A stretch of 64,000 nt of DNA from assembly GCF_964204645.1 (NCBI RefSeq), contig NC_134030.1, positions 9,327,222 through 9,391,221 on the forward strand, given 5' to 3'. The notes below the pieces were generated by a model. It worked only from the letters and a program-made list of their open reading frames with translations. It was not told the DNA's origin and did not search any database. A program made the position numbers and the translations under genes. Shown here one piece after another: positions 42,101-55,600 of the stretch. Each line of letters begins with the position of its first letter. Position 1 is the stretch's first letter. This stretch comes from Tubulanus polymorphus. Lineage: Eukaryota; Animalia; Nemertea.

Positions 42101-45100
42101 CATGCGTATGCGTTCCCGCCCACACCAGTCCTGCCGCGCTTACTGGATCAAATAGAGAGATCAGTCAATTGCAACATAGTTCTGGTAGCACCATGTTGGC
42201 CGGCTCAGAAATGGTTCCTACCACTTCTCAACCTACTGTGCGACAACCCCAGGATTCTTCCGAATTTCCCATCGCTTCTGTCTCAGGGGATCTTTCGGCA
42301 TCATCCAAACAGCCAGTGGTTAAATCTGCTCGCCTGGCCATTGTCCAGCGATCCTTGTCAGCTTCAGGCTTTTCAGAACAGGCTGCCTCCTTTATCGCAG
42401 GATCTAAGCGGCCATCAACAAGTACCATTTACGATGCCAAATGGAGTCATTTTGCGGATTGGTGTGCTGCAGGGGAAATTGATCCATGCTCACCCTCTGT
42501 AGCTCAATTGGCAGATTTTTTACTGCACCTATTTGTAGCAAAAGGTTTACAGGTCATAAGTATTAAAGGTTACCGCTCCGCGATTTCTCATACATTGCGT
42601 GCTTCTGGATGGCCAAATGTAGCAGGGGATCATCGGATATCCCAGCTGGTTGCTGGGTTTTCTATTTCCCGGCCTCGGGTAACAAGGACAGTTCCACCAT
42701 GGGATCTGTCTGTAATTTTGAAGAAGTTAATGGAGGCTCCATTTGAACCTCTTTCGGCAGCGTCTTTTGCAAATTTGTCAAAAAAGACTGTATTTTTGCT
42801 GTTCTTGGCTTGCTCGGCCCGTCGCTCTGAGATTCATGCGCTTTCAGTCCGACAAGGTCACATTGTCTTTGGGCCAGCGAATGAATTTGTTTCGCTGCGG
42901 CCTGCTTTGGAATTTTTGGCAAAGAACCAACGACCAGGCTCGGTTGGGCGTCAATGGCGAATTGAAGCCCTAAAACATCGAGTGGAACCGGGCATCCCGG
43001 ACAGGACTTTATGTCCTGTGCGGGCCTTGTGTTTCTATTTAGATCGCTCTGCTTCACGGAGGGGTTCACGGGAGCGGTTATTTATTCCGCTGCTGGATCA
43101 CCTAAAGGGTGATATTTCGCGGGACACAGTAGCCCGATGGGTCTTTTCAATGATCAAGGACATTTTATTGAAGGAGAATCTTTCCTCGGAGGTAGTCGTT
43201 TCTCATCAAGTGAGGTCTATGGCTACTTCCTGCGCAGCCTTTTCGGGTGCTCCGTTGGAGGAAGTCTGTCGGGCCGCCTTTTGGAATTCACCGTCGACAT
43301 TCACGTCATTTTATTTACGGGATGTTTAAGGCCAGTTAGGCTCATTAGCTTCACTTGGTCCTGTTGTCATGGCTCAAGGTGTCCGTTCTTTCCGATCGGA
43401 CCCTTTAGTGTAGAATATTTATGTAGCATTATCAGGATCACAGGGGGTGTATCCTTGTACATAGTTTGGGCTCATATCTGCAAGTATTAATTTCGCAAAA
43501 TTCTGGGGGGGGGCCCCTGAGCTGGACGGACTCACTGTGGCCAACCGGTCTTCCCTGTGCTACAGTGCTCCATTCCGTGCTTGGGTAAGTGCTCTCTTTT
43601 TCCCTCTTACCTTGCATTTGAGCGGTGGTTTTTCTATCTACCTTTCCCACCATCCTTGTGCTAGGCTAGTCTAGCAAAAACCATAGGAAAGGGTACAGTA
43701 CTCGACGGAAATATTACAATTTTTGGAACTAAAATTTGTATTTCCGAGTAGTACTTACCCTTTCCTATGGTGGGAATCCCGCCCACCTGCCCCGCATAGC
43801 TGTTTTTTTTGGTCTGCTATGACGAAAAAAGATGGCGGATTTCGCCGGTGGCTAAATGCAATACCGCAGGGCCGGGTCGTATAGAAAAACCATTGGCGAT
43901 AAATCCAAATTTAGAAAATATTGGCAAAAACCATAGGAAAGGGTAAGTACTACTCGGAAATACAAATTTTAGTTCCAAAAATTGTAATTTTTCTGTGCAA
44001 GGGAGTCGGGTCGTAATGCCTGCCAGAGAGAAGAAGTGTTAAGCTTTCCAAGCATTTAACCCCTTAATGATTTTTGGCTGATACCTACAATACGTCTATT
44101 CTCTTAGGGTTTTGGACGTATATGTGTTCATGTCAACACCCATCACCCGAGGGTTGCGAGCATAACTTGTAGTTGCACGTCCTCATTGGTTGTTTCGTTT
44201 GCCTGACATCTGATAGATATGTTGCTAGGGTCTTCATTCAAAACAACCATGGTACTACCGGGTGGGCAGAACTTTTACAAGTGAAAAAAATTTGAAATTT
44301 TGTGCAATTAATTGAAACAATGGAATCAAGAAACGATCGAAACCTTTGAGGGGTTATACGAACCACTTTTTCCCGTTATTTCAGACAAAGAGGAAGCGAT
44401 CAACATTCACAACCTGATCAAAGCGAAGCACAAGTCGTGTCTGAACTGCGAGGTCATCGTTTTGAACGCGGGCATTCGTCGAAAGATCGCCGAGATGGTG
44501 TTCCTCACACGCGAAGAGCAGCTCGAGTTCGACGAGGACGAAGTCGTGTTTTGCAGCACGAATTGCTACAATCTCTACGCGATGGCTCGCATCGCGAAAC
44601 GCGAACCTCCCAAGGTGCGTAATCGTCGACGTCTGACCGACCGTTTTTATTTAAAGGGAAAAACCGAAATGAAAGTATTTCGAAATAACGAATGAAAGTA
44701 TGAATGAGCAGGGACAGGTCTAGGATTCTTAGGAGGAGGTGCACCTGAAAATTGGAATAGGCACTTAATTTGAAAAGGGCATATATGACAATGTGAGGGC
44801 TGCTTTTAAAATTGGTGTGGGCTTCTGGTGGCCCTCCCACGGAAATGTTGAACAAAAGGCTTTTCTAGCCTTCATCACAACCCATTTGGATTTATTTTTT
44901 GTCATTTTGAAAATTGTCTTTGCACAAAAAGGTTTTCATACTTTTGGAGGGCACATTCGAATTTTGAAGGGCGTGGACTAGTTTACCCGGTCCACCCCTG
45001 AATCCACCCTTGAAGAGAGAGCAAGCTGTATACAAATTTGGGTCCCGGTTTATGTTTTATGTATCCATCTTGTCAATCGGGGATTATAGGTGCAAGTTCG

Positions 45101-48100
45101 ATTGTCTGATCATTTCTGCCGTATATGCCTGCACAGGTGCCAAGCCGGTTGAAGCCGGTTGACAATATCAAATTGATAATTGAAAAGAAAGCTTTGATTA
45201 AGTGATGAATAATCCTTCGTACTGATTGGTAAACGCCTTGATGAAAATGATAATATGTAACAATAATATATGATATCAATAACGATGATAATATTCTGTT
45301 AAAAGATTTTCTATTTATGTAGATAGGACGTTATACCGCTAGTAGTGCTTCTTGCATTTTCTAATCTAAGATTGATTGATTGATTGATCGTCTTTTGGTG
45401 TGGTGACCTTCTTCATAACTTAATCATTTCATCTATAATCAAAAAAGCGTTTTAATCGTCGAACAGTTTTCGCGATCATTCGAATTTTTCCAATCATGTC
45501 TGACCGATAATCGGGAAAATTCTAATTCGACGTCGAAAGCAATAGATATAACAGTTATCTAAAATTTCTGTCTGCCCGATCTGCGGTAATCTGCGGTGAA
45601 CTGAAAAACTCCTCAATTTGATGATTTTCGACTAATAATGATTTGTCGGATGTGTCCTATTTCAGAATGAAGCTTCGAACCTAATCGATAAAACCTCGTC
45701 GGAAATGGGCTCCACCTGTTCTCCGCTCAATACTAATTCATCGCTTACCTCGCATCCTAAACTGTCACCGATCAAGATTTCGATACCAACTGGCAAACTG
45801 GAGCTCTCGTCATCCCAGCCAGGCACGCCGAACAAAATGGCGTCGCCGAGCAAAATGTCCGGCTCGCAACCGCACACCCCGCAGTTAACCCCGCTTCCTT
45901 CACCGGCGACGCCTAGCGGCAAGAAATTAGACGCTAAGAAAGGACTACGCCGACGAAGCAGTAGCATGGATTCCATTAAGGTATAAGCCGCGAACTCTGA
46001 TTGACCCGAGCGGAAAAGATGACTGCCACTACTAAATCGCCTAGAACCAGATTATTTTATGATCGCCTAGGTTTTCCGGTTTTGCCGGGTAATTCGATGA
46101 TTTCGTTTTTGATACCTAAGTCGTGAGGCAATTATAGATGCATTCATCTTTTCTAATGAGGTTCTAGATTATTATAATCAAGCTTTATTACTGATTATCC
46201 TAATCCATAAACATGTATGTAGTATTGTATTTAGTTCGGTTAATATCTAATGCAATATCATACGCTAGTATTTAACTGACGATTGACTGCTATTTGCTGT
46301 CCAATATGATTATCAGCTTGGCCACTTACCTGGGAATCAGGGGAAAGTCAGGGCAGGGTGAATTGGTGAATTTTATAAAAAAGCTGAAAATTAGGGAAAA
46401 GTCCGTAAAAATTTGTGTTGAGATGGATAGATCGCGGCTGAGAACAAACATTTTCCATCTATGTCTTACGTATTTGACTATATTATTTGATTGCATTCTT
46501 AAAAGATCGAGTCGGGGAAAACAATGTACATATCAGGGAAAAAGCAAGTCAAATAAAAGTGGCCAAGTTGATGATACATGTGACGTGCGTGTATTGTAAT
46601 TATCTTGTCAGCTGTAATTATCCGAGCTCCTATTGGTCGGTTTGCTGAAATTCCTTATGTATCGTATATATCGACTAATCGGACTCGTGCAACAGCTGGT
46701 TCTTCGGCCCAAATCAGATATTCCGATACTACGAATAATTTGATGTATAACTATAACTAGCATCCCCATCGGTAGAGGTTACTGTTAATTGTGAGACTGC
46801 CACATTATGAAACACTTCCTCTGAATAATTTTTACACAGTAGCAAACTCATATAGAGGTGTTGCACGCGACATCATACCCGATAGTTTGCTTGCCGTACA
46901 TAACAACTCAAGATAATCGGGCAATTAACCAATTTCTAGTGACTGTCATGTACCATATTATCCGGCTGATAAACCGACTCACCCTGAGGCTAGAAAATCG
47001 GCTTATTCACCGGAAAATATGATAGATCACTTATTGTGGTTGCCGAATAATTTGGCATGGTTAAGCACATGGCTGCTAGCCTGTTAGTCAGTTAAATAGG
47101 GATGGGGTTCGTACCGTGGCAGTCTCAATGTTGCCAGATAATTCCTGCCGAGGTAACCGGACTGGTTTATAGTGACATCTTAGCTTGATTACACCGTCAA
47201 CGAAGCCTGATATATTTACATCGATACGTAGTTAGTTTCGCGTTAAATGCTGTAGTCGGTTCGTATTCAATTTCGGTGTTTTTCGCGTAGACGATGGTGA
47301 AGAAATGGAAAGGTGTGAAATGGCGTCGATGGGAAATAACGTTCACGCCGCCGAATCAAAACTACGTCGCGTTAACGGAAAAAGAATTGTGGGATGTAAG
47401 TATACATTCTTTTCAAGTCTCAGCGCGCTATCGAGGTATATACTCATACTTTAGTCCTGTAGATAAGTCGGATATTTCATGTCCGATGTTTTTACTTGAC
47501 TGATATCTCTATACGTATATCAGCTGCCTATAGGTAGACCTTTCTACCGTCAGCTTACCATTGACCTGCCTGGGTTTTCCCAGCATGGAAAACGGGGTCT
47601 TGTACATTAGTTTCGATCACAATAACCCACTGAGAATGAATATAATTAATTAATGCCTGGTACATGTAGCAAGAAACCTGATATTGTTTTCAAAAGTTGG
47701 ATTCCACTCATCACGTATAGATATCATTGTCCCCCTGAGATTTGACTTTAGTGTCCAGCCTCGACTGCTGTATTAGATTTTAGCAGCCACGATGATTTTG
47801 GTTAACGAAACGATTGTCTTTTGAGCAGATTTTAGAAAGACTCAATCACCCGATATCGAATGTGCAGGGAGTGCTCGATTCCAGAGAATGTTGGCTGTGT
47901 CACGAAGTTGGCGATGGCGACACGGATGGACCTGGAAGGTAAATAGTAATTTTCTGAAATAACGAGCTAGGCTCGCAAAGAGACATTTTTTTTCAATGTC
48001 TATTGTCCGCGACTTTCCAAGTTTCACTACAACTTATAGATTCTTTGGACGACTGCTATTTTTCACTGTCAATGTCTGCAACTATTTGACTTATATTCAC

Positions 48101-51100
48101 CACAACTTTCTGACTATACAGCGACCATACTTCGTAAGGACGAAAGCTAAAACCGTATGATCTTAATTTCCAGACTTCTCAACATCGACATCGATAAATG
48201 GGTGCATTTAAATTGCGTGTTGTGGTCGTACGAGGTTTACGAGACTCTGAACGGCGCGTTGATGAACACCGAAACATCGTTCAAGGCGGCGCCGTCGATA
48301 ATCTGCACGGTCTGCGGTAAAAACGGCGCGACGTTAAACTGCTTCAAGCTGCGCTGTCCGAACATGTATCACGTCATGTGCGCGAAGAAAGTCAGCTGCG
48401 TTTTCTATAAAGATAAGGTGATTACCGCTGCAAGACGTGTTTAATGCCATTCTCGTTTGAATCTCACCGGTCCATGTTGGGCAGGATTAATAAATGAATG
48501 ACTATTAAGATTGCACGTGTAATATAGTTAGAAATTGTTTGTACTGCTTTGTTAAGAATCAAGTTAAATTTGAATTGCACAATTTTAATCTTCAATTTAT
48601 TTTCAATTTTAATTCTTACCCCATTCATCTAATTTCTCGTGAATCATTTCACTGTATTTAATCGCGACGTTTCAGACGCTATTCTGCCCAGTGCACGCGC
48701 TGAAGACCAGCATGGACGGCGAGCTGCCCGATCTGAAGGTCTTCCGCAAAGTCTATGTGAATCGCGACGAAAACAAACAGCTCGCCAGCGTCATTCATCA
48801 GGAGGATAAGAACTACATCATTCGAATCGGCGCGCTGGTCTTCCACTCGATCGGGCAACTGCTTCCGCACCAACTCATGACGGGACGTTATCACAACAAG
48901 TGGTTCATATATCCAGTAAGTGCTGCCATCTATTTCCGCTTACACTTTTAAACGATAAAGATGATTAGACCATATGTTCCTGAAAAGAGTTGCTCTTGCA
49001 GTCTAAAAGGTTTCAAAGATAGGCTGTATCTGGTTATTGATTAAATGAGTTACAGGTCTTGGGCCTGTTTTGAAGACATGTTTTAACTTTAACCTCAGTG
49101 AAATAGTCTATAATAAGTTGAAGTCCATAGTCATGTTTGATTCAGGACCCAGTTTGGTTTGTTATCTAGGATTGGAATTTAAATGTAGTTTATTTCCAGT
49201 TATTTCCAATTAGTTGCACAGTCATGGCACCAGTCAAAGACCATCTTAGGTCTATAGCCAATCTAGGTAACAACTTAAGACCAGATTTAAGATCATTTTG
49301 GCTCTTGTAAGCCATGACTGTGCAACTGGCCGCAGCAAATTAAAATCCCTTGTTGATATATTTTGGCGGCTCTGTTTCTTGCTCGATTATCAATGATCAT
49401 TACCTGTACAATTGACATAATATGTTCGTTCTATTAACAGATCGGCTACAAGACGTCGCGTTTCTACTGGAGCATGCGTTACTTGCACAAACGATGTCGC
49501 TACATTTGCCGCATCGAGGAGTTCGACGCGCGGCCGAAATTCTTCGTCGTCGTCGCCGAGGACGGCCACGACGACCTGGAGCTCAGCGATGACACGCCGA
49601 AGGGCGTGTGGAGCTCGATACTGGAAGCGATCGAGCGTAAACGTCGCGAGGCGTTGATGGTTCGAATGTTCCCGCATTTTTTGTCCGGCGAGGATCTATT
49701 CGGATTAACAGAACCGGCCATTCTCAGGGTCATTGAATCGGTGAGTGAACTTTTTTTCATTTATTTCGCTATTATAAGTTTCGATGTGGCTCCGGTTACA
49801 GAGTGCGATACCTCCAGTCATGTAGTACAGTTAGCGCATGCGCAATACAGTAGAATTCTGACTTGCAATGTTGGGATTCGAAACCAAACGAAAAAGTAGT
49901 AGAATGCTTTACCCACTGAGCCACAGCACACAACTGGAAGCTGGATGAGTTAATTTGTATAAAGCCTCACCTAACCCTAACCCTATTCCTTCGCGCATGC
50001 ACGTATGTAGATATAGTGCAGATTCCTCCGTAACCGTAGCCAGTTTGTATAAGTTTATCTCTTAACTAAAAAGTACAATACAAGAAAACAATCATCAGAT
50101 ACAATAGAAAAAGTTAAATAAAGTACTTCTACATTGTAAGCGTAGTAAAGAAATGGGACCCCAAGGGGGTATACTTTTTATAGAAAGCCTAATGCCTTTT
50201 TCGCACTTGTTGCCTGGTTTTTGGTTTGCGATCTGTACCTGATTTAGGACTCAGCAATGCTACTGCAGCTATATGGGATTCCGCTTGTGGCCGGCAAGTG
50301 CAGTTACTTCAATTGTTTCAAAATTTTGATAGAAATCGAACAGACTTTACTCTTCGAGTAGATCAGTTGTCGATGAAAATTAAGAATAAACTTAAAAGGC
50401 TTTTGATATAAACAAATAAAAACCCACAGTAGATGTGTAGAAAAGTAAATTTTTATTTGTCAACTCTACACTGAGATTCATATCAGTTCACTATAATCAG
50501 GCTTTTGATGGTTGTTTGATTTAATACATTTGATTAAGTCATGATTTAGTCGTGATTTACTACGTATTCATATTATATTCAGCAAAAACTAGTTAATTAT
50601 GATTCATATGAGGGTAATGATTGATATTATCATTAATGATGGTGCCATTTCATAATAGAATTGGAGCTTAAATCGCTTTATTTTTTCAAATTGAAATAGA
50701 AAATAAAGACATAGGTCTAACCAATAAAGAAGTTACCAATAGCGAATTGCCAGGTAATTCAGAAAATACCGAACCCTCGAGAATATATAGATTGTAGCCA
50801 CTGATAAAGATATAGTTTTTCCGCCAATGCGATGAATGTTATTTTTGGTGAGATAGAAGGGTGCAATATACATACATCTCGTTTGCGCGCGGTAGGCTCG
50901 GTTCATGGTTCCTACCACACCGGTTGATAGGGGAAAACTTGGGAATTTCAATATTATATTGCCCGGTTTGAAAATTTTTGGAATTCGATACATTTTCCTC
51001 TTTTCTAGGAAATATTTACGGTTCATTTTAGCGTAGTTCTGAGACGTGAATTTTTACGAAGGCCTTATTTCCATTTTTGAATAATTGCGAAAATCACCTA

Positions 51101-52514
51101 TAAAAATCCTCCGGGGAAAAACGCAAATTCTAGCGGTAGTATTATAATAATAGTAATAATAATAATTATAATAATAATATATTTTCTCTTACATAGCGCA
51201 CCCCTACATGGTAATTGGTGCGCTTTACATAGATATAAATCATTTTAACCATATTAAAACATAATATTAAAACACAATTATTGATTTAAAAAAATTGATA
51301 ATATTATTACGCAAGTATTCATGTAATGCTTACTTATAGCAGTAATTCATGTAACTGTAGGAACAGCGGTTCTTACTACTTAAATACTATTCGATGATAA
51401 AATTCAGTGGCATGATTGCCATTTAAAAGATCGCGCGTAAGATCAACAATCGAAGATGATTATTGATCATCATCGTTGATGACAGCTTATTCGCCGGTAG
51501 TTAACGATGATAACCGGTCGTTAACGCGTCGGTTGATTATGATTTCGCTCGGCGATTAGCTGCTGATGACAACGGTTAGATTTCGATGGGCGGCTTAGCG
51601 GTCGAATAGTACTCGATACGTACATCAAACAATCGACGTATAATTAACCGAGTCTGTTGTTTAATTCGACGGGGTTAAGATGATGAAGAGTTTTTGATGG
51701 AGCTCGTTTTTCATCGTGTGCCAACTGGGCTAGACAAGAATCAGTGGTATCAAGTGGGGAGGGAGGGGGGCACTTTCACCTGGAAATCAGGGAAAATTCA
51801 GGGAATTTTCTTTATTCTTTAATAAAAAAACGTCAGAGAATTTTGTTTAAAAAAGAAAAGCTAAAAATCAGGGAAAAGTTGGTGAAATTTGTTGAGATTG
51901 CTAAGTCGCCCGTAAAATCAAACAGTTTCCGTCTATGTTTTGCATATTTGACTGTGTTAATTGATTGCATTCTTAGCAGATCTAGTCAGGGAATAGTTAG
52001 GTAAAGAGCAAGTGAAATAAAAGTCACCACCCCGTCTAGGAATAAATTTCTTAGATCTGCGCTATATAAGAAGAAATATATTATTATTATAAGAGCGAAG
52101 CTGTCAACTGTTCCTGATTTTCATCAGTACTTACTTTTTTTGTCAGGTGTGCTGATGTGATTTATTTGGCGTGTACGGATATGCTAAAGATGTAACTGAG
52201 GGTCTTACTGTTGATTACTGATTAGTTTGTTCATTTTCTTTCGTGTTTCGATCGAATGTTCAACTTGTTTCTGAAAGCACGTTTCAGAGTTTGGTTGCCC
52301 TACATAATAGCTTGGTTCAGACCAACGCGGCTGATTTGAAGAAAATCAAATTAATCGTTTTAACTAAAAAAAAATAAATTATCGATTATGACCCGAACTT
52401 GTAACTAGAAATAGGGTGAAGGATTGGTTGTTGCCTTTCCTCCATATTTAGTTCATCGCCCGTCCGAAGCTAACCCAACAATCCGGCGATATCTACAGCC
52501 ATGTGAGATATATA

Positions 52515-52603
<89 letters not shown>

Positions 52604-55600
52604 ATGCCTGTGGAATTCTAGCGTAAATAATGCGTGTTTACCCATGAATTCTTGTCGACGATGTCGCAACATAGGCGTGTTTGTAAGAATAATACATCCG
52701 TATTGATACTGCGTTATTAGAACGTACGAAGAATGACTAGTCCTCGGCGGGGTGTAACTGTCATTCCCAATATCGTTATGAAAAAAAAAAAAAAAAGCGT
52801 TCGCGCGTTTCTCCAAAAAACCGCAGCGAGATAAGGGACGAGGTTCTTTTGCGAGGCGTGATATCTTTTTAAATTTCACGTGAACGAGGGCGTTTGTATT
52901 TTACGGTTCCTTAAACGGTGAATATTTTTTCTTTAATAACAAGCTTCTGAGTTGAGCACCATGAATCTTCATGCGTGTGGCAAAAAACTGGCCATAGTTT
53001 TTTGTGTTGCTCATATGTCGCATCATCGAAGAAATAAATTTTTTTTTCAAAACTGAAAACTAAAGGTTCGCATGTTGCTGAAGCTGTCGAAACCGATCTA
53101 TTGACCAATGGAATATAACAAAACGCGCGTCACAATTGGTTTTAGAGAAAAGGGAAAAACGCTCCAACTATGCGGGACAAAAGTGTCTTAACAAAATGGC
53201 GGCTAGAAACTATAGAAGGGTTCACACTCTAAAATGGTTAACTAATAAAGTACTCTGAAATTCCGACTCCACCCAAGCTGAATGTTAAGGGAGTGCAGTT
53301 CGTTCTGTGAATATTGGTCGGAAAGAAATTGGCTCGAACTGAGCAATAACATACCGTGTTGTTTTTGGCATATCGTAATCTACGTATATGTCACCTAGAT
53401 TATGATTTCCATGTATTATCAGTGCGTGCGTGTACGTTAATTCATTGCGATTCTTTGCCACACTTTGTCACGAAGTTATGGGTTTAAAAGAAAATTGTCG
53501 ATTCTGGTGATCTTAATCTTAGATGACTTAATTTAAAGATCCAGTTTTAAAGATTATTGTCAATGTAAGGAAGATTTGAGTAACCGAATTAAGTAGAAAA
53601 CACTTATTTCTAGCTTCGACTCTGACGGTTGAGACTTTTTGATCGAAGACTTTTAAAAATTATTCGCTGATGTTTGCTCTATTTATGAACAACGATGGAA
53701 GGGAAATCTAGTGCCGTTGGGACCGTAACACTGCAGCGGCGATAATTTACTGAATGACGTTTCTTTTTCTTTCGATGCCATCTTTTTGACGAAACTGAAG
53801 TAAATTCGCCGCAATAGATTAGAACCTGTCAAAAATGGCTGTGGCAATCAAAAATTGCTTCGAACGTGTATGAAATCATTTTTTTTTTTTAAGAATAGAA
53901 AAAAGAATTGATTTTTGATTACCTGCGGAAATCGGATACCCGGGGATTCTGTCGAGTCCACAATTATTCGTTTAGATAGGAAAATATTCATACCTATTGT
54001 TCTGGCTAGTTTTGATTCGGCCACGGCGAGAAACTCAGATACGGCATTCCGTCGATCGGCCGCTTTCGTGGAGAACCTGTTTACGCAACAACAGCGTTTT
54101 TCCCCACAGCACGTTGCGCATGTGGCTTCGACTTACTAACGAATCTAATTAATCGAAAAATATTCGATGCAGAGCAAAACACGCGCGGGCGAGCGATTCT
54201 GTCGAAAAAATCGGCGCTGGCTTCGTTTTCGCGTTTTATTATTCGTAACTGTCTCGGTAAACACGGTAACTCGCGCCGGCGCGTTCACCTGCGATCGTTC
54301 ATGCCTCATTTGTTCGTCGTTCGGCGTGTTTATTCAGCGTTCGCGATCGGGGAAGAAGTTGTTTTTATCAGTTCGCGCGGCGCGTTGCAAATAGTCAGTT
54401 TCGGTTATTATTAATAATTCGACCCATACTTCAATAGCCGCTTTCCGCGCGTATTATTATATTCAATACTTCGTATCTTCACGATTCAGTTTTTCTTGAA
54501 ATAGAACTGGCCCTCAAAAAAGAGCTCGGCATATGGTCAAGCTTTCAAGGGGATCTTTTTGTAGAACTTATGAAGTAAAGAAGCTGATTTAGAAAATTAC
54601 CAACTGATTACATCGATGATCGTTTTATGTTTTGCAGCTACCCGGCGTCGAGACGTTGAAAGACTACAACTTCCGCTTCGGCCGTTCTCAACTGCTCGAG
54701 TTGCCGCCGGTGATCAACCCGTCGGGCTGCGTGCGCACGGAGCCGCGGTTCCGCACGTTGTTCCGACGGCCGCACATTCTGATGAGCACGCAGTGTCACC
54801 CGCACGCGAGTTCGATACCGGCGATCGTCACTGGCTTCACCGGCGACGTCTGCTCGCCATACATGAAACAGTTCGTGCACTCGAAGTCGCAGCAGTACCG
54901 ACGCCTGAAAACTGAGTGGAGAAACAACGTGTTCCTCGGACGATCACGAATTCAGGTAAATATAAATCGCTGCGGCGCTGAATCCACGGCCGAGTTCGGT
55001 TTTCGTATCTAGTCGATTAGGCGTTGGAACTAATAACCGAATTTGCTTAATTTCCGAAATACAGTAATTCGCTTAATTCGTATCGGTTTAATTCGGATTC
55101 TCACTCATTTCGTACTAAGATTCCTGTCCCTTCTAGATTATTCCTATTCGATTCGATTCGGTTTAATTCTGACAAAATTTTCCAGTCCCAGATGATCCCA
55201 ATAATAGCTACTGTATTTCTGGCATGTAGTTACGACTGACATTCGGTTTCACTTAGTTCGACTAACTCAGATAACTCAGTAGTTGGCCCAGGTTCGATCT
55301 AATGAATAAAAGCCAACGATTAGACATAAAAGATTAATTAAGAATAAGCTATGGTAAAAGGGTGTCATAAAAAAAGGTGTGATCTAGGAGCATCTAAGGA
55401 TGGACAAGAGAAATCCCACTATGATAAATTCAGCCAGTGGTATGTCATCTTCACCCATCAAGGGATTCGAACCCACTATGCTAAAGCTGTTCTCCGAACC
55501 CCGTGACCTCACGAGTCGTTGTAGTCGTTACTAACCGAATAGAATCCGGTCGTACCAATCACAGCGCTTGTAACAAACGACTTTAGGCTTCTATTGGTTT

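Larger units (their letters stand above)
37902..43987 (+). mobile_element. DIRS1-type tyrosine-recombinase retrotransposon, full length, intronic, sense to host
   Basis: ITRs 37902-38041 / 43824-43987, ICR 43674-43771, gag, RT-RNaseH-MTase and overlapping YR ORFs, no TSD. Confidence 0.96.

Noticed and set aside
40486-42502. 2-kb dual-coding pol/YR overlap as a new phenomenon
   Set aside because: Long overlapping ORFs are an established trait of DIRS1 elements.
49970-49985. Telomere or chromosome-fusion relic
   Set aside because: Only about two CCCTAA units, inside a small TIR element.
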